Shown here: piece after piece, positions 48,101 to 61,454 of the stretch
How positions within the stretch are numbered: the stretch's first letter is position 1
Layout: each line of letters starts with the position of its first letter
Origin: Tubulanus polymorphus
Lineage: Eukaryota; Animalia; Nemertea
DNA: 64,000 bases
Assembly (NCBI RefSeq): GCF_964204645.1
Contig: NC_134031.1
Coordinates: 16,293,807 to 16,357,806, forward strand
Reading direction: 5' to 3'
Notes under the pieces: generated by a model
Database searches by the model: none
Seen by the model: only the letters and a program-made list of their open reading frames with translations
Told to the model about the DNA's origin: nothing
Made by a program: the position numbers and the translations under genes

Positions 48101-50360
48101 ATGGAAAGAATTATCGACCTAAAAGAGCACTGGAAGTCCTCTATATTGCATGGTAATAATTTTTTTGTTTTTGTCAGAATTATGTTGCAGCGATAAAGGC
48201 TTAAACTGATCAGTAATGTATCATGATTGATTGTAGTATGTCAAAAAACTTAAAAGTCTGTCGACCCAGTCAGCCAATCAGTCACTTCTTGGATTCTGCA
48301 TGCCGGCATTAATGAATGATAAGTAATATGAGCCCAAAAATCATCATACATATAAGACTTCGAATTTCATTAAATTTTCAGATTCACTTGACCAGAACGG
48401 TAGAGATTTTCTCGGAGCCTGCGTACGGAGACTTGCTGATAATGACAGGTATTTGAGAGAGTGGCACATCTCATGTGCTAATGATATATAATTTTGCATT
48501 CTATTTTCGTATGTTTCTCTTTAACAGAATCGACAGAATTCATGTGTTATGCTATGAAAATTCGACTAAGCAGCATTTAACATCTAGATGCGACAAGTTA
48601 AATAAGTAGGCATCGCGCTCCGAATGGACAGAATTAGATTTTCATTTTCTTTAAAAGAAGATAATTACACTGTAATCACTTTCGATAAATAATCTTTCTT
48701 TATAGAATAACCTTTCACGACTTCACCAAAGATCCGCTCGGATGGGAAGGAACCGGCGGTCGGAACGTGAATACGAACTTAGAAACATTTCTCAGAGATA
48801 ATCATCATTCGTCGCCGTGTGAAAAACACGTAGTTATCGTATTCGATTGCCTCGAGATGTTGTTGCTGAATCGACCTGTCGCTTTCACTTGTCGAACTAT
48901 CCATAATTTGTCTCACAATAAATTTCACTCGGGTAATTATCAATCGGAACCAAACCAGGTCCCAGGTCAATAGTGGCTAGTTGAATTTCAGGGTCTTGCT
49001 TAAAAGTTGATCAAAGGTAACCAGTGGATCGGATAAATACCTAAGTAACAATTAACTTTTATTGCCACTAGGTCAACTATCCACTGGTTAATTCTAACCA
49101 ACTTTTCAGCAAGTGACCCCCATTATCATACTGGAAATGAATGTATTTTGTCTCTGGTGCCACATTCAACAAACTTTGATCTACAGAACATTTTGATTTG
49201 TTGGTTTCCACTGTCAAGTGTGACTGTCTATGATTCAATGGAAGAAAACCACATCTGCCATAGAATCGAGTCTTAACATCCATAAGTTTTGAAAACAGCT
49301 CAAAGAATTGAGTCAAAATGGTTTTCTACACAACTGAGGGATATTTATTCAATTGTGTCTTGTATTGAGGCTTTTCATTAAACGCATACTCTGAAGTTTA
49401 ATTGTTTAATTGCAGGTATCGATGAATGTCGTGTTTTAGCTTTGATGCACGATTTACACGACGACGCAACAATCAACGCTGTCGATCACGTATTCTCAAC
49501 CGTTTTTCGAATTCGACCATCTCCCTGGCCATCCCATACTCACTGCTGTCATACGACGTTGAAAAAACTTTCCGGAAAAGTAATTAAAACAGTAAGTTGA
49601 GTAAGCTAAGCCCTGTGATTGGTCAGAGCAGGTCATGTATATAGTTTGGTCGGGTTACTAAATCGTCACAACCCATTTTGACTCTTTCAGATTGAACACT
49701 TTAGTATTAGTGAAGTAAATGAAATAATTGGCATCGCAACTGAAGAAAGTATAGCTGCAATTAAAAATACAGTCGATGTTGCTAATTTAAAAAGTGTAAG
49801 TATGGACCAGTATACCCCAGAGGCCAGTTGCTCAAAGTTAGTTTAAGCTTGGAGTAATCAGACTGCTCCAAGGTTTTAAGATAATCAGCAGATAGATACC
49901 ATTGTAAGGACAAACTTTCAATTGTCACTACCGGTATGTCAACTATCCACTGGTTAACTCGACTAACCAACTTTTGAGCAATTGACTCCTTGTCACAGAC
50001 GTGTGAATTTTATGCAAAATGAATTGAATCTATGGATGTTTCTATCAATTTCAGGCGAAGCCAACCGATCCAATGGCTAATTTGACTTTTAATCTAAAGC
50101 TGACTGAAAATGAAAAGACTGCTCGAAGTCAAGTGAAATTACCGTACATGCACGATACCAAAATGTAAGTGTAAACTTCGAACAGGTTTTCAACTGACTT
50201 TTTCCACCCTACGGATTATGTTATCTTACTGTTTGATTCTTTGAATTTCAGACAAGAAGTCACGTTACATCGATCAGTGGGTGATGGTAAAATCTTCTAT
50301 CAGCCCGACGAAGTAGACGATTTTGATGAAGACGATCCCGATGACGACCTCGATATATAA
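48101..50360 (+). CDS. ELP5: Elongator complex protein 5
   Basis: DSLDQNGRDFL, TFHDFTKDPLGW, ALMHDLH, DPMANLTFNLKLTENEKTARSQVKLPY and C-terminal GKIFYQPDEVDDFDEDDPDDDLDI typical of ELP5. Confidence 0.88.
49822..49988. mobile_element. MITE with GTTGCTCAAAAGTT inverted ends; copies ~48990-49120 and ~57261-57393
   Basis: GTTGCTCAAAGTT ... AACTTTTGAGCAA; shared internal AACTATCCACTGGTTAA. Confidence 0.65.
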
Positions 50361-52634
50361 ATAAGCAGATATCTATCTATACGTAAAGAAAACCCGATAA
50401 ATACAATAAAAACTATGCTTAAAGATAATACATCATGTTTCTTCATTTATTTGCATTATTAACAACAAATATCGGACACCATTTGGATGGCAACAAAATA
50501 ACGTAATCTTCTTAAAAGAATTTTCAATAAAAATACCTGTATTTGCGTACAATAAGTTTTGTCAGGCAGTAAGAAAATCGGCTTTTTAGTCTAAAAGGTA
50601 TGACGTGAGTTCGGCATACATATATCTAAAGAAAGGCAACAACGTTGGCCAGGAAAATGAGGCGTTTTATTAAGCGTTTAAGTATCATTTTCTGATAGCG
50701 CTGGTAAACGGAGCAATTCGTTTGCTGAATTGATCAAAGGATCATTTTATCAAGTGTTAAGTGTACTTCAAGAGTTGATAAGTAAATGTCAAGATTTTAG
50801 ATTCCAGATTACAACGAACCTAGTTTTGATTCTTATTTCAAATGAAAATAGCCAAAATCGGCTCAGTTTTTTAAACCCATTTAGGTTGATTATTATGAGA
50901 CAGTGTCTTCAGTCTTGTACTATACACTCGAACACTTTATATCATATAAATGTTAGTTACAGTCATATCTCTTTGTTTTATCATATTGACACCAAACCGG
51001 AAAAATCCGATCAAGTTCTACAATTCGGGTTATGTTTGACACAGCACCACTGGCCTCAGTCAAGGAAGGAATACTTATCTACAAATATCGATGAACTTGA
51101 ATACTCGCAACGTGTATGAATTATTTCAAAAGCGATTGACAATAATGGAATGTAATAAATAAAACGGCAAAAAGAGCATTTAATTACCAAAGGGTATGGT
51201 TTATCTGAATTTCCTATGCTTTTTAACTAACTAAGTCCTTTTCGTGATTAACCATAAACCTTGACATAAGTTACGGATTATTAAAATCAATGTTCGACGG
51301 CTTAAATACGGATACATACGTATACACATACACTATATAAATAAATATACTGACAATATAAACACGTACCACCAATCTTCATATAGACCTTACAAGCTAA
51401 AATAACAGACTTTCTACAGCTGAACCCTGCTAGAATGGACTATGATCGTTTTAACAATGATTCTGAAAACCTCTACTTAAGGCTTATTTTATTTCCACTA
51501 AATTCATTTCGAACACCCGCCAAATCATTAAAGATGGCCGCCGAGCGCAAATCGCTCACGGGGCTGTGCACAGCAATCATCGCTACAATTAGCTCATACA
51601 TGCATTATTATGTCTCGTCGAAAAGTCGAATAACCTATCACAATCTATCATTAATCACTTACCAGCAGTTACAATCTTCACACATGAGTGATTTCATTGC
51701 ACTTGAGCAACCGGGCTAAAAACAATTAACCCTCCAATCTGAGCTAATACCCGATTAGCGAAAGAACCTGGAATGACTATCCTCATTGAGGATTCATCCG
51801 AGACGATATTACATCTCGACGATTAGGTCGCTAATTACGAATTCGCATGAACTGCAACGGAAATTAAATATGAATAGATGAAAAATAAATATGTTCATAT
51901 TTTATGAAGTAATAGCTGAATGAAGTAAACAGGTGCGAAATTTCATCCAAGATTTTTGGTTTGAAGAGAAGCAATTTTTCGAAATCAGACGCCGCTTCTA
52001 GAAAGTGATTCTTATTGACTATACTAAATGACATTACTCGATATATTCACAATATTTACACAATTTTTTACACGTACATTTACACATATATTTACAATAT
52101 AAAACATTTCACAGGTATTAACCACTAATCTATACACGGCTCAAGAACCATGCCTTTGACAAGCCTTTTCATGGAAAGTATCACAGACTTTCGGAAATTA
52201 CTTTTCATTCTTTTCTAGACCTCTGCGTTGTTTCAAAACATTATTTTCTACCGATAAAAGAGTAGCCCAAAATTTTCAGTAATGAACCTGGCAAATTGCT
52301 TTTCGCAGTTAAAACTTTCTCATCAATTTTCCTTATACTTCTGACTACTTGCAATCCGTAAAACCGGTTAAATTTATTGCATTTTTTTTACGCAGACATT
52401 TTGGCTGCCATCCGTTTATCCAAAAGCTGCCGAAAATCGCGATCAGCATTATGAATGCATAAACCGAAATTTTACGCAGAGAGCCATCACAAGTTGAGAC
52501 ATCGTCGATAAAAGTATAAGAAAAGCAGCTGCCCTCCCCTCTCCTCCTCTCTCTCTCTAAATCCCGGGATAAAAAATTTGTGCCCTGTACAGCTCGTGAA
52601 TTTCGGAAGTAGCGAAGACGTGTTTTGGACAGAA

Positions 52635-55600
52635 TCATAACACAAAGAACAGCACGAGGACTATAATAAGGATGACAACTAGTACAGCGATGGCTATCCA
52701 CTGCCGTCGATCTGTAAAAACGAAGAAAAGAAACGTAAATAGTAAAAATACAACTTCGATAATAATAATGATCATCTGTAAATTTGTATAGCGCCTGCTT
52801 CATTTAGAAAATGTTCAGGGGCCAATTCCACAGTCATGAGTAAGTGTAAACTCTTGAGTTGAAGTTAGTTCATTTTCAAAGAATTAACTCCCGAGTCAAA
52901 TCTTAACTCTGAACTGTGGAACTGGGTCCTGGTTTTTTATATGGAACTATCAAATCCTGTAAGTAACAAGAAGCCAGGTTGTTTAGACACTTAAACACAA
53001 GAAGGAGAATTTCTAATTTGATTCGTTGTTGCACTGGTAGCCAGTGAAGGGAAGCCAAAACTGGTGTAATTCGTTCACATGACTGGGTTAGGGTTACACC
53101 ATCCTAGCAGCTCGGTTTTGGATGATCTGCATTCTATCAAAACCAGCCTAGCATTTATCTTAAAATTCTTAAGGGTTCTCGATTGTCCACTTACCATTGG
53201 ACATATGTAAAACTTTGGCCATTTTTTTCATCGTTTGATCGAGCCTCGATTCGGTGTGATCCATTTCCGTCGAAAAGTCATCCAACATCCTACAACGCAA
53301 ATATATCATATTCAACTACCGGTGCGATTTCTGAGACTCCAGACCCTAGAATTAATGGCTTTCGAGTTGATCAAATTACTTCGCCTCTGATTTGACGATC
53401 AATCACGATCAATTAACTGCTTAAGTATTGGGTAATTAACAATTGATATATATATATATATCAGGTCAAATACTGACGAAATTTCAGCTATTCCAAGATC
53501 ATCAACATTCACGAGCAGGGGTGAATCCAGGCCATATTCAACTGCACTACAGGATATAGTCAGAAAAATGGGAGGAAAATATTTTCTAGGACTACCTAAT
53601 CTGACAAATTTGACAAATGTTGCATCCAACAAAATTGACGAGTTTCGAATAATTATCCATGAAACGGCTTGCAATTATTGACTGAATGTACAAGCCACTC
53701 ACTTTCCCTGAAAGCTGAATTTGACAAATGTTGCATCCAACAAAATTGACGAGTTTCGAATAAACTTACACAGCCTGTTCGTCTAGTTCACCTCCTATTC
53801 GATGGCTCATATCTTTTAACACGGTCACACTGGTGCCGATCATGTTTAGATGTTCATCCTGGTGATTCATCATCATCTACAGAAAAATAATCGAACGTAG
53901 AAAAATTACGTATAAACCTCTTTCAAGGTTCCTACAATTCCTGGTATCCAGAATTCAAGGACTTTTCAAGGAGTAATTTTCAAAATTCAAGGAGGTTTTC
54001 GCGGTCATAAGGAAAAAAAGTCGAAAATTCAAAAACAAAATCCATGTTTTTCTCAAATTTTGATCAGTTGTTGTGTGTGCCGTTTTGGTTTTACATGTTT
54101 AAATGTTTTAAATCTCAAAGTGAAACAACTTTCACTCGCAAGTCACACAATGAAGAATAATAGAATACACTGTCTTCTGAAAAGGACCTTTTGAAAATTT
54201 TTAATAGGACTTTCCCCAGAATTTAAGGAGTTTCAAGGAGTTTATGGATATTTCTCAAAATTAAAGGATTTTCAAGGACCTTGAAAAATATATTTAAAAA
54301 TCAAGGAGTTTTCAAGGATTCAATGAATTGTAGGGACCCTGTCTTTTTATCGACGGAGGGATGCGTAATGATTTAAGACGTTGAAGAGATGTCTCCGAGC
54401 GACTATAACGAAATTCATGGGTTTACGTAATCGACAACTGAGCTGTCGTGTGCGGTTAGAACACGGGAATCCCGATCCCGATTAATAAGCAGACGGCTCG
54501 CGCAAATGTGTCACAAATAGGACGTCAAAATAATTATTCAAAGCGCATCTGACAGGGTAAGTTGATTGAGACGCATATTAAGGAGTCGTATTTAACTGCT
54601 TGTGTACGTAATAAAGATGATGGCGTGTACATGTACCTAATAGATACTAGAATTCTACTACGAGATGGTACGAAATGGGAAATGCAGCGAGACAACAATT
54701 CGAGCGTAATCTAAAGCTACTACATGCAGTTTATTAAGACATTTCAGGTTTCATTAAGGCGCCGTTGATCCAAATTTACAACGCACTGGAATACCAGGCT
54801 TTCTTCGAAATTTTGAAAACAGGCTTAATTTTCTATAGCATCTAAGACATTATCGAGGCTCGAAATATAAAGAATGATTTGTTTTTTGACTACCACATCA
54901 TTCCATTTTCGAAGCCCTTTTACGTTCGCTGCTTCCATTTTCCCAGCTGCGAACAACGAGCCTTCTCTATTTGAATGCCTTTAACGAAACCGGTGAATTA
55001 ATGGATTTTATTCAAGAGCTCAGTCTGCTTGCGTACCGTACCTGCTGTTGTTGTTGTGTGTCGGTGATGTATTTGTCATTGGCACGCTCAATCTCATTAT
55101 CGAGTCGCGTATACTTGTCCTGAGGTCGACTCGGTCCATTCGCCTGCAAATTGAAATCGAATCATTGCTTGAGAGAGACGAGAACGGGAAGAATTATACC
55201 GGGTGTTATTGTTATCGACAGAAAATCATTGTGCACTATGGGTATCGTCGTAAAAATCAGATTCAACTCGCGATACGCCAACCGACAGTCGTGTCAGATA
55301 TCGACCTGACCACGGAAACATTTTTAGCCAACCAGAATTTGTCAGCGTTGTAAAGGGCTAATCAATTTTCTGCCAGGAAATGCCAAAAAAACATTATGAT
55401 TATAAGGCAAAAAAAGTGATACCTTTTGTTTCTCCTAATCGGGCGGGTCACTTTTGTAAACTGCGAGGAAATTTGTAGTCAGTTCATTTCTATAGCAGCC
55501 GGGTTGTGGCTGGCCTGATCATGACCGGGTTGTGGCTGGCCTGATCATGATTTTAAAAAAAGTTATGTACAGGGTAGATAGGCGGCCGGCTGGATCAACT

Positions 55601-58600
55601 TTTAAGCTCAAAAGAAAGAAGAAACAAGGTATCAATTTCTTTAGCCTCATCTTTACAACAGGCGGCGTGTAAGAAATTTTATTGGCAATTTGAATGTATT
55701 CATTGCCAACCGTATAAGACGTTAATTTTGCTTATCCATGAAACGGCTTGCAATTATTGACTGAATGTACAAGCCACTAACTGGGGAATATTGGATGCTT
55801 GACACTGAATTAATCTGTACTGCTAGAGTGCAATGTTATTTCAGGGAATAATTCGTTCAAAGCGGCGTAAATCAATCGTGTTTTGGCGTCTGCCTTCGTG
55901 TGACCGTTAGTCCGTCGCTAAATTCACTCACTCTCTCTCTCTCTCTTTCCCTGAAAGCTTTCCTGGATAGAGCCAGCCGAGAGAATCGAAAAGACATATA
56001 TTCCAATATTTACTAAGACAGTCACGAGCGCACTCCGCGTATGCCGAACAAACAATGAGACAGTTGTCGTAAGCCGCCATTGTGCATGATGGATCTAGAG
56101 AAAATCTTTACGGATAAGACTTATCCCACATGGATAAGACTCAACCTACATGATAAATCTGGCCAGAGATTACTGTCTTATCTTATTCCGCAGAAGGAGC
56201 AAAATTTCTCAATCCTTTCCAGGGTCTCTACGGGTCGGTCAATCCTGGATATAAGGAGTTTTTCTAAGGAGCTATAATGGGAATATCGAGCAAGTGTCTG
56301 CATCACTTTCATGTCCCAATTACAGTAGACAACTCCAAAATCGGTTCTGTTTATCTCAGTAAACTGTTAATTCGATGGGTTTGTAAGCATATTTTTATTC
56401 TTTACTTCACACCACCAGTACCTAAACTGTTTCTAATTCGGTAAACGCCTAATTGGGTAAAAAAAATCTTGGTCCAAACTGTAATCGATTTGGGGAATCG
56501 ATTTCTGTGCAACTACGGTAGAGACATTTCTAATTGCCTATTTCTCAATATTGAAGGAGTTTTAGGCATATTGTTCAAATTAGAGAGAGGTGTTTCGAGG
56601 TCCTTCAAAAGCATTTTCCGTCTTCAAGGAATTTTTTTTAAAGGAATTAAGGAGTCACATAGGGACTCGTTTTCTAGATAACATTATCGAAATAATTCAT
56701 AGATGCTTTCTTGCCATAATAATTGGCTTGCGGCGAGGGCTTCCACGAAGGCCACGCGTATAGAAAGAATAACAAGACAAATGATTTAAAGAAATTGTCG
56801 CGTGCGCCCCGGGGGTAATCAACGAAGACAGGAAATACCGTCTGCTGCGGCTGCGGCGATCGTCGAGACGATCTCGATAACAAGATGAAACGGCACTTTC
56901 TATTAATGACCGCGGCTCATTAGAGAAAGAATTCCCGATTTCCTCGTCGTCGTACGACGGCTGGAAAAACCAACAGTTGATAATAAATCAGAATTTATCG
57001 ATTCTTCGTGTAAAATTGACGTCACGAAACCCCGCCCCGCAGCGATTATTTACAACGCAGGTTAAACATTGCGTCTCTTGAGAGATAAAACCAGTTCGCT
57101 AAATTTCCGAAAAACGAACTCCCCCCAAAAAAATCCCAGAGAGGCCCATGATTTTGTAAACCGCAATAAAATTTGTAATCAGTTCATTTCTATATAGCTG
57201 CCGGTTATTGTTAGCTTGGTCATGATTCTAAAACAGCAATGTACAGGTAGACAGGCAGCAGGACCCGGTTGCTCAAAAGTTGGTTATCGATAACCGATAA
57301 CCGGTGATTAAATACCATCGTAACAACGAACTTTTGATTATCACTATGCCAACTATCCACTGGTTAACTCTGACAAAGTTTTGAGCAACTGGCGGCGGGC
57401 TGGGCCAACTATCAAGCTCAGCATGAAATGAGCTCAAATGAGAAACGAGATATCATTCCGTTTTCAGTGCAAAACCTATATTCTCAAACTACGAGTTTTC
57501 AACTCCTTCTCATCATTACGACACCGTATAAAAGGGATTTAAGCTTACCTGTCTCCGGTGGCCGTTTTCGTTGATATTCTTCTTTTTCGGACTAGACATG
57601 TGCTCTCGCATTCCCTGAATAATGATGATAAGTAGAGGTAAGAAGAAAAGTTCAGGCGACCGTGAATTACGAGAACCACACCAAACACACATATTCATGA
57701 ATGTAAATATCTCGTAGAAAATTCCGTAAATTTTTGTATTTCTGTATTATACCCTAAAAAGAACTGTCATCGGCATATACCGCGTGATTTTTGTTTTATG
57801 TATCGAGTGACTTGTAAGTCCGCCTTTGGGTTGAGTGCAGGTTTAGGTAATATGGCCATATCATATTATCGCATACGTCACTATAATAAATGAATAGAAT
57901 AGAAGATAAAAAACAACCCTAACGAATATGGTGGAAATGCACTTGTTTCTTTTTGTCGTCGGTATTTATGATTTCATGTTTACATCTACTCAGATTCGTG
58001 TACGGTTTCGTATTCCATTAGGACGGACGGAGCATCGCGTGAAAAACAACGCCGAATTTAGAGCTAGACAGGAAGAACGATGACACGATACCACGGCGAC
58101 GTTTGTCGGTCGATAAAATCGGAATCAATCAGAATCTCGAGAATATCTCCCAGTCGCGGTTCCGCGTTAACTTACTTAGCTGCAATATAGGGAGTAACAA
58201 TGCACGTTCAAAAAAGTCAGCATTGGCTTCTTGGGAAAATTCGCAAAAATATTCTTTCACCAAATATCATTCAGCCTTCTTGAAAATGCAGTAAACGTCC
58301 ACTTGGCCGGGCTAAATTAGCCGGACCGAGTGGCGCCACTTTCCGTCAATTTAAAAATTCCACGATTTTTCTGCGTTATAACACAAAATTCGCTGAGTGA
58401 ATCGGAGAAATTTCTAGGTTTAAAATGTTACAATTCAATCATGTTCATTGAATCACCAAATAAACGCATAGCCAATAACAGGAGCCGAGTTTTGGGTAAA
58501 ACTTATAAAATTCTCCAAATTCCATGTCTGAGTTTTCCAGGTTTACGAGGACAGTGGCGACCCTGTCGCAGTTAAGGATCATAAAATAACGATAGGAAAG

Positions 58601-60419
58601 GAGAAAATAACTTCATTTTTACCGAGTTAGTCAAAAGTCATAGTTAGGGGTGATTTACTGTAGATAGATTTCTACCGACTACTAAACAAACTAAAGATAT
58701 TTTTCAGAAAATTTATCGTCGCTTTTTCGATTTCTATCCAGCGAGCTACGTAATAAAGCAGTCAGGCCCACTCAATCATCGCGTGACGCACGCACTCACA
58801 CACATAGAGAAATGGATGAAATTCTCATTCGTTAGCGTGAAGAGAGACAAGGGTAAGCGTTCAAAGGATTCAAGTGTACAGGTTCTTTATAGAAACGCGT
58901 AGAAGACGCCGATCGCGTGTGACGTCTGATTAATGAGATCTCTACTCTTTGAAGGTGTTACCATACGACAAATCGATCGACCGCCGAGGGGGATGAGGAT
59001 TAGCCTCATCGGCAGACGCCGGCGTTGGGATATACGCCGAATCAACGAGAGAGACGAGAGAGAGCGTCGAACGACGGATAAATCACAGCGCCCGACGCCG
59101 CCGCGACGTGTTTCGCTCGCTAACTCTAGGGTATTTACAAGTAATAGGTACTCCCTATCTCTTTGCACTTCCCTCTCATTCTCTCTCTACCCTTCTTCAC
59201 CCGTCTTAACTCTCTTTCGGTCTCTCTCTCTCAAGATAGAAATGCTTCGTTTATACCTCGCTAGTTCAAAACAGTGTAAAACTACTGAGAGCTACTGAAA
59301 TAACTTGAGATTAAAATCATAACACAAACATTGAAAACAACATAATATTTCAAACTATCTCAAATTAACATTTTTGACGTCGTAAAAATCGTTACAATAA
59401 TATCTATATACATTGATAACTAGTTTTTGTTATTAAAGGAGTTCTGGTGTGAGTCGATGTGCACTACTTCATCAATATTGGCATTTCAAAATAACTAATC
59501 CAATTGTGAATTTTGGCATTTATTTTGTCATTAAGGATATTTCTCTTTTTATTTCATATTTGATACATTCAGAGAGGATGTCCACTACGTCACCAATATA
59601 TTGGTGCTAGACTGGTTGTCGGTCAATTCAATCAAATTATTCAAATCCACGATAACTTTATTGATAACATATAATTTCATGTTATATTATTCACTGTCGA
59701 GAGTAGGTTATTTTTGTAAGGCGTCAATAAACTTTCAAGTTAGTTCTCTTGTTGCTTTTATATATACCGGTAGGACTCATTATACAGAAAGATGACTTGA
59801 ATTTTATCTCAAAAAACCTTCAAAACCTTCGTAATCATATGTCTAAGATTATCGTCAGGTACAACACTTTTCTTAATCGATTCTAAGACATTCTGTTTAC
59901 TAACATTTACTTCGTCAGACAGTATTCGATAGATAGGGTTATTAGAAACATCTGTTTATGTTAAAATAATAAGAGAAAGATGTGTAATGTTTGCACTAAC
60001 ACAGCGCCTGGATCCAACTGGAAATATCACCCAGTGAACTAGCTAAAATAGTGCTCAATGCGCAAAAATGTGAAGCAACTCTTCGCAATCAAAATCTAAT
60101 TCCTTTATGTTCATGTGGCCCAATGAGTTGTTTAATAAAAAGAAAAACTTCTATCTGCTGGTCAGAGAGCGTTCTCTTACCATGCGCCATATCTTTGGAA
60201 TAGGTTACCAACTCATTTTCGTTCTAGCACTCCTTTAGATACCGGGGTAGTTTTAAATCTCACTTAAAAACTCACCTTTTTACTATTGCTTATTCTTAAA
60301 CGCCTAATTCTGCTTTCTTTTACTTGTATCTATATCTACTTTTTATATGCTAGTTCTGTATTTTTAAAAAAATATCATTTGAAAGCCAAATGCTTATTCT
60401 AATATGGATTTGGAAATAA

Positions 60420-60454
<35 letters not shown>

Positions 60455-61454
60455 CATTATCATTAAGAAACAACTTACATTAACTGATCTTCTGACTGTG
60501 GTAACGAACTGCCGTCTTTCAACCAATTCAAGTTCATCGATTTTAAACTTCTTCGGATTTTTCTCCACAATACGTAGAACTCATGTTAAGGCATAAATAG
60601 AAATTGATTTCTTCAAACGAATGATTGGAATGTTTTATTTGCCTATACAGGATCTTCCAGTTTAAACCAATGACTCTAAAAACATAGTGAAGCTATATCT
60701 ACATTGCGAAGAAGGGGACAGTAATTTTGTAGAACAGGTCCTTAACCTAAGGTAGGTTTTATAATGAAACTGAGCTTAGATTGGTCCTAAAAATGAATCT
60801 TGACCTCATTTAGGCGGAGAAGAACCAAACCAAGCTTAGATAGGTCTTAAATCAAACCTTGGCTACATTTAGACATTGGAGAATTCTTATGATCAGAACC
60901 AAACCAAGCTTAGATGTGTCCTAAAACCAAACCTTGGCGGTAATTAGGCAGGGAACATTTTTTTCTGATCGGAAAAGGATATCAATTGTTTCGTCCAAAT
61001 CTTCTAGATCCCAATCGATACTTCGTAAACAATTGCGTAACTCATTGGACGTCCATTCGAATTCTTCTTTAGACACGGAATTAGGATCATTCACCAGTTC
61101 ACACCAGCGTTGATAAAGACCCTGCGACGTGTTAAGGGCCTTGTTCACCTCCCTGGAAATAAATTTTCAATTGCTCTTGAACTATTCCTCAATGACTTGT
61201 GTCTGAATAAACAAGGCCAATCCAATACAACTGGCTTGGAACCAGAATCAATACATCAATGTTCAATTAAACGACTGATTTTATTTGACATATTTGATTG
61301 AATTGATTTTGGATCCTTTTTGACAGTTTTTCGACGGCAATTCTCGTCTTCAAACGCAATTATTTCATAGCTACACGAAACACAAGTGTTTCAATTCGTA
61401 GTTTAAAACGTGTACTTACTCTTTAACGACGAAAAATGGATCTTCCATCGACAT
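52635..61454 (-). CDS. STX6: Syntaxin-6 (Qc-SNARE)
   Basis: Exons 61454-61420, 61152-60983, 60573-60479, 57614-57549, 55143-55042, 53876-53770, 53289-53195 and 52711-52635: [36 protein letters not shown] motif (QDEHL...[15 protein letters not shown]), DRRQWIAI plus C-terminal TM. Confidence 0.95.
60420..60465. repeat. (ATT)n microsatellite
   Basis: ATT repeats with some ATC units. Confidence 0.9.
60574..60982 (-). other. U12-type AT-AC intron (STX6 intron 2)
   Basis: Donor ATATCCTTTT, branch point CCTTAAC (60591-60585) just upstream of the AC acceptor; splicing restores ETI-G-IVEKNP. Confidence 0.93.

Noticed and set aside
50730-52803. ORFs of 94-152 aa between ELP5 and STX6
   Set aside because: No protein-like features; the longest is an off-frame overlap of the last STX6 exon and its UTR
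58887-59298. Arg-rich ORFs on both strands in the STX6 intron
   Set aside because: Low-complexity, non-ATG starts and no recognisable domain; a by-product of CpG/GA-rich sequence
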